Shown piece by piece: positions 48,578 through 51,806 of a stretch of 51,806 nt of DNA. Each line of letters begins with the position of its first letter. Position 1 is the stretch's first letter. The translations under genes were made by a program, and so were the position numbers. Below the pieces are notes generated by a model. The model did no database searches, had not been told where the DNA came from, and saw only the letters and a program-made list of their open reading frames with translations. The stretch lies in sequence record SRR20825006_2477; one strand, 5' to 3'.

Positions 48578-51211
48578 ATGGCATTAGCTTCAAAATATAG
48601 CTCTAAAGATGTGGAGCAAAAGTGGTATGACTACTGGATGGAACATAACTATTTTCATTCAGAACCTAATGAAAAAGAGCCTTATACGATTGTAATTCCG
48701 CCACCTAACGTAACCGGAATATTGCATATGGGGCATATGCTGAACAACACCATCCAAGATGTACTCATAAGACGCGCGCGTCTTAAAGGGTTTAATGCGT
48801 GCTGGGTTCCGGGAACTGATCACGCCTCTATTGCTACTGAAGCTAAGGTGGTTGCTAAACTAAAAGCCGAAGGAGTCAATAAAAGCGAACTTACTCGCGA
48901 GGAGTTTTTAAAACACGCTTGGGAGTGGACCGATAAATATGGCGGAACCATCTTAGAACAGCTTAAAAAACTGGGTGCTTCGTGCGACTGGGAGCGCTTA
49001 CGTTTTACGATGGATGACACCATGTCAGCGAGCGTTATTCAATCTTTTGTTGATTTATATAACAAAGGCCTTATTTATCGCGGTCATCGTATGGTGAATT
49101 GGGATCCCGAAGCGCAAACCACACTTTCTGATGAAGAGGTGATTCACGAAGAGCGTCAAGGCTTTTTGTACTATTTAAATTATAAGTTGGTTGGCAGTGA
49201 TGAAACGTTAACCATTGCCACTACACGACCGGAAACTATTTTTGGGGATACTGCGATCTGCATCAATCCTAACGACGAGCGATTTACCCATTTAAAGGGT
49301 AAGAAAGCCATTGTGCCTATTGCAAATAGAGAAGTGCCTATAATTGAAGATGAATATGTAGATCTTGAGTTTGGTACCGGGTGTTTAAAAGTGACACCGG
49401 CGCATGATGAAAATGATAAAATGTTAGGCGACAAGCATCAACTTGAAGTAATCGACATTTTTAACGATGATGCTTCTTTAAATGAGCACGGTCTGCATTA
49501 CAAAGGGAAAGATCGTTTTGTAGTTCGTGAAGAAATTGTTGCAGAACTCAAAGCCGCTGGGGTTTTAGTAAAAACTGAAAAGCATACGAATAAAGTTGGT
49601 ACTTCAGAGCGTACTAAGGCGGTAATAGAACCTAAACTTTCTGATCAGTGGTTTTTAAAGATGAAAGAACTTGCTGAGCCCGCAATCAAAGCAGTTTTAG
49701 ATACAGACGAGGTAAACTTGTTTCCGAAGAAATTTGAGAATACGTATCGCCATTGGATGGAGAACATCAGAGACTGGAATATTTCTAGACAGCTTTGGTG
49801 GGGGCAGCAAATTCCCGCGTATTACTACGGTAATGGGCGTGAGGATTTTGTAGTTGCTAAATCTCGTGAAGAAGCACTTGAAGCGGCTAAAGTAAAAACC
49901 GGAAATGCACAACTCACTGATGCAGATTTGCGTCAGGATGAGGACGCATTAGATACTTGGTTTTCTTCCTGGTTATGGCCTATGAGTGTGTTTGATGGGG
50001 TTGCAAATCCTGATAATGCAGATTTTAAATATTACTACCCTACCAATGATTTGGTGACCGGTCCTGATATCTTATTTTTCTGGGTGGCGCGTATGATTAT
50101 GGCAGGTTATGAATATACCGGTGAAAAGCCATTTACCAATGTGTACTTAACCGGACTCGTGCGTGATGCTGAGCGTCGTAAGATGTCTAAATCTTTGGGA
50201 AATTCCCCAGATGCCATGAAGCTTATTGATGATTACGGTGCAGATGGTGTGCGTGTAGGTCTTTTGTTGAGTGCTTCGGCAGGAAATGATCTTCTTTTTG
50301 ATGAAGATTTGTGTCAGCAAGGAAAAGGCTTTATAAATAAGATCTGGAATGCCTTTAGATTGATTAAAGGTTGGGAGGTTGATGACACCATTCCGCAGCC
50401 GGAATCGAGCATGAAGGGATTGGCTTGGTATAACGAGCGCTTTAAGCAGGCTACGGTTGAGATCGAGGATCACTTCAGTAAATACCGTATAAGTGATGCG
50501 TTGATGACTACTTATAAGTTGGTTTGGGATGATTTCTGTAGTTGGTTGCTAGAAATCGTAAAACCTGAGTATGGTAAGCCTATCGATAAAGTCACTTTTG
50601 ATGCGGTGATTGAAGCTTTAGAAAATAATCTTAGAATTTTACATCCATTTACTCCTTTTGCTTCGGAAGAGATCTGGCAGAATATCGCTGACCGTACTCC
50701 TGAAGAAGCTTTGATCATCAATGAATGGCCAAAGATTACTGAACCTGATGAAGCGATTTTAGCAGATTTTGATCTGGCAGCTCAGACGATCACGGGAGTG
50801 CGCGCGATTCGTAAAGAAAAGAATATTTCGTTCAAAGATGAATTAGAGCTCTTTGTTTTGAATACCGAAGGTTTTTCAGATAGTTTCGATACAGTAATTA
50901 CTAAGTTATGTAACCTATCTAAAATAGAAAGTACAGACGCTAGTGTAGACGGTGCACTTTCTTTCCGTGTAAAAGCAAATGAATATTTTATTCCGCTTAC
51001 GGGAGCTATTGATGTAGAAGCTGAGTTAGCTAAAATCAATGAAGAGTTGAAATACACCAAAGGCTTCTTGAAATCAGTTTCCGGGAAACTTTCTAACGAG
51101 CGTTTTGTAAATAATGCTCCAGAAAAAGTTGTGGCTATAGAGCGCCAAAAACAGGCTGATGCTGAAGCAAAGATCGAAGCACTCGAAAAGCGCTTGGCGG
51201 CGTTAAGTTAA
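48578..51211 (+). CDS. valS: Valine--tRNA ligase
   Basis: PPPNVTG.LHMGH, DWNISRQLWWG, DTWFSS, KMSKS, C-terminal coiled coil. Confidence 0.98.
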   Translation: MALASKYSSKDVEQKWYDYWMEHNYFHSEPNEKEPYTIVIPPPNVTGILHMGHMLNNTIQDVLIRRARLKGFNACWVPGTDHASIATEAKVVAKLKAEGVNKSELTREEFLKHAWEWTDKYGGTILEQLKKLGASCDWERLRFTMDDTMSASVIQSFVDLYNKGLIYRGHRMVNWDPEAQTTLSDEEVIHEERQGFLYYLNYKLVGSDETLTIATTRPETIFGDTAICINPNDERFTHLKGKKAIVPIANREVPIIEDEYVDLEFGTGCLKVTPAHDENDKMLGDKHQLEVIDIFNDDASLNEHGLHYKGKDRFVVREEIVAELKAAGVLVKTEKHTNKVGTSERTKAVIEPKLSDQWFLKMKELAEPAIKAVLDTDEVNLFPKKFENTYRHWMENIRDWNISRQLWWGQQIPAYYYGNGREDFVVAKSREEALEAAKVKTGNAQLTDADLRQDEDALDTWFSSWLWPMSVFDGVANPDNADFKYYYPTNDLVTGPDILFFWVARMIMAGYEYTGEKPFTNVYLTGLVRDAERRKMSKSLGNSPDAMKLIDDYGADGVRVGLLLSASAGNDLLFDEDLCQQGKGFINKIWNAFRLIKGWEVDDTIPQPESSMKGLAWYNERFKQATVEIEDHFSKYRISDALMTTYKLVWDDFCSWLLEIVKPEYGKPIDKVTFDAVIEALENNLRILHPFTPFASEEIWQNIADRTPEEALIINEWPKITEPDEAILADFDLAAQTITGVRAIRKEKNISFKDELELFVLNTEGFSDSFDTVITKLCNLSKIESTDASVDGALSFRVKANEYFIPLTGAIDVEAELAKINEELKYTKGFLKSVSGKLSNERFVNNAPEKVVAIERQKQADAEAKIEALEKRLAALS

Positions 51212-51238
51212 TTCTGAAAGAAAATAGAAATTCTAAAA

Positions 51239-51508
51239 CTAAGGAATATGTTGAGCGACCAGCTTAATGTATTCCTTTTTTGCTTCTGTGGCAGAAAGAC
51301 CTTTAATCTGTATGAGCGCGTTGTATTTAAATGCGCTTCGCAGGTCGTTTTCTTTTATATTTTCAAGAGGAATAAGTTTGCTTTTGTGATTGCCTTGTTT
51401 GTAGTAGGCGTAAAGCAAAAGTTGAATGTCTTGTGGTAAGGCAACGGTTGTGGCGCTTGCCTTCTCGTATGCCGCCTGAAATGCTTTATCTAACTCTTCT
51501 TTTGTCAA
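51239..51508 (-). CDS. Acyl-CoA-binding protein (ACBP family)
   Basis: L...F..A, LLLYAYYKQG, K.NA....KG.S..EAK..YI.LV. Confidence 0.8.
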   Translation of the reverse strand: MTKEELDKAFQAAYEKASATTVALPQDIQLLLYAYYKQGNHKSKLIPLENIKENDLRSAFKYNALIQIKGLSATEAKKEYIKLVAQHIP

Positions 51509-51514
51509 ACCAAA

Positions 51515-51806
51515 TTACTTAAGGGTTGCTATCACGCTTTGTGCTCCTTTTACTTTTTGGTTAAGCGTAACAGCAATTGGAGTATCTAACGGCAAAAATA
51601 CGTCAACTCGAGAACCAAACTTGATAAAACCGCTATCTTCTCCCTGAAAAACTTCATCGCCCTCTTTAGCATAGTTCACAATACGTTTTGCGAGAGCACC
51701 GGCAATCTGGCGATAAAGGACATCGCCAAAGCTTGTAGAACGAACAACCACAGTAGTGCGCTCGTTTTCTTCAGAGGCTTTAGGGTGCCAGGCAACCAGG
51801 TATTTT
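51515..51806 (-). CDS. psd: Phosphatidylserine decarboxylase proenzyme (5' part outside window)
   Basis: Frame is open to the window edge: KYLVAWHPKASEENERTT...RQIAGALAKRIV...GFIKFGSRVD (FGS self-cleavage site). Confidence 0.9.
   Translation of the reverse strand, partial: KYLVAWHPKASEENERTTVVVRSTSFGDVLYRQIAGALAKRIVNYAKEGDEVFQGEDSGFIKFGSRVDVFLPLDTPIAVTLNQKVKGAQSVIATLK

Noticed and set aside
372-51439. Numerous 60-160 aa ORFs nested in or antisense to larger genes (e.g. 32747-33169, 35907-36392, 24792-25157, 41474-41830)
   Set aside because: Shadow frames of well-supported genes, with no recognisable motifs or independent expression signals.
1-51806. CRISPR array or cas genes
   Set aside because: No regularly spaced direct repeats in any intergenic region and no Cas-like ORFs.

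Overview
Chromosomal window from a Bacteroidota genome, very likely a (marine) Flavobacteriaceae member. This rests on SusC/SusD, HmuY, TAnnTTTG promoter elements and acidic lipoprotein export signals. It opens with the 3' half of a tRNA-Arg. An ~21 kb iron-acquisition cluster follows (1877-22716). The cluster holds two diverged copies of one module, AraC <- / -> TonB-dependent receptor - DUF4374 (XusB-like) lipoprotein - secreted ankyrin-repeat protein - DUF2271 protein with a flavinylation-type motif. Between the two copies sits a DUF6607-like <- / -> HmuR-like - HmuY heme module. Copy 2 alone carries an IroE/Fes-like esterase and a PepSY-TM/flavodoxin/FNR fusion reductase. All three receptor promoters share a 23-bp palindromic box (TTATTTAGA-N5-TCTAAATAA-like). 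Both AraC/receptor intergenic regions also share a second 23-bp motif at near-identical spacing. The best candidate for an under-described system is the receptor-DUF4374-ankyrin-DUF2271-diflavin reductase chain, read as periplasmic reductive iron release. The rest of the window is mostly core genome: prfA, pyrF, a SusC/D pair without CAZymes, a PfkB kinase, purU, icmF, Lrp, an NRAMP-like transporter, an ECF sigma factor, GT2, fasciclin, murB, an aminotransferase, an aspartyl protease-PDZ protein, valS, ACBP and a partial psd. It also contains two uncharacterised tandem paralog pairs. Family names come from motif recognition by eye; no database search was run. No CRISPR array, integrase or transposase was seen.
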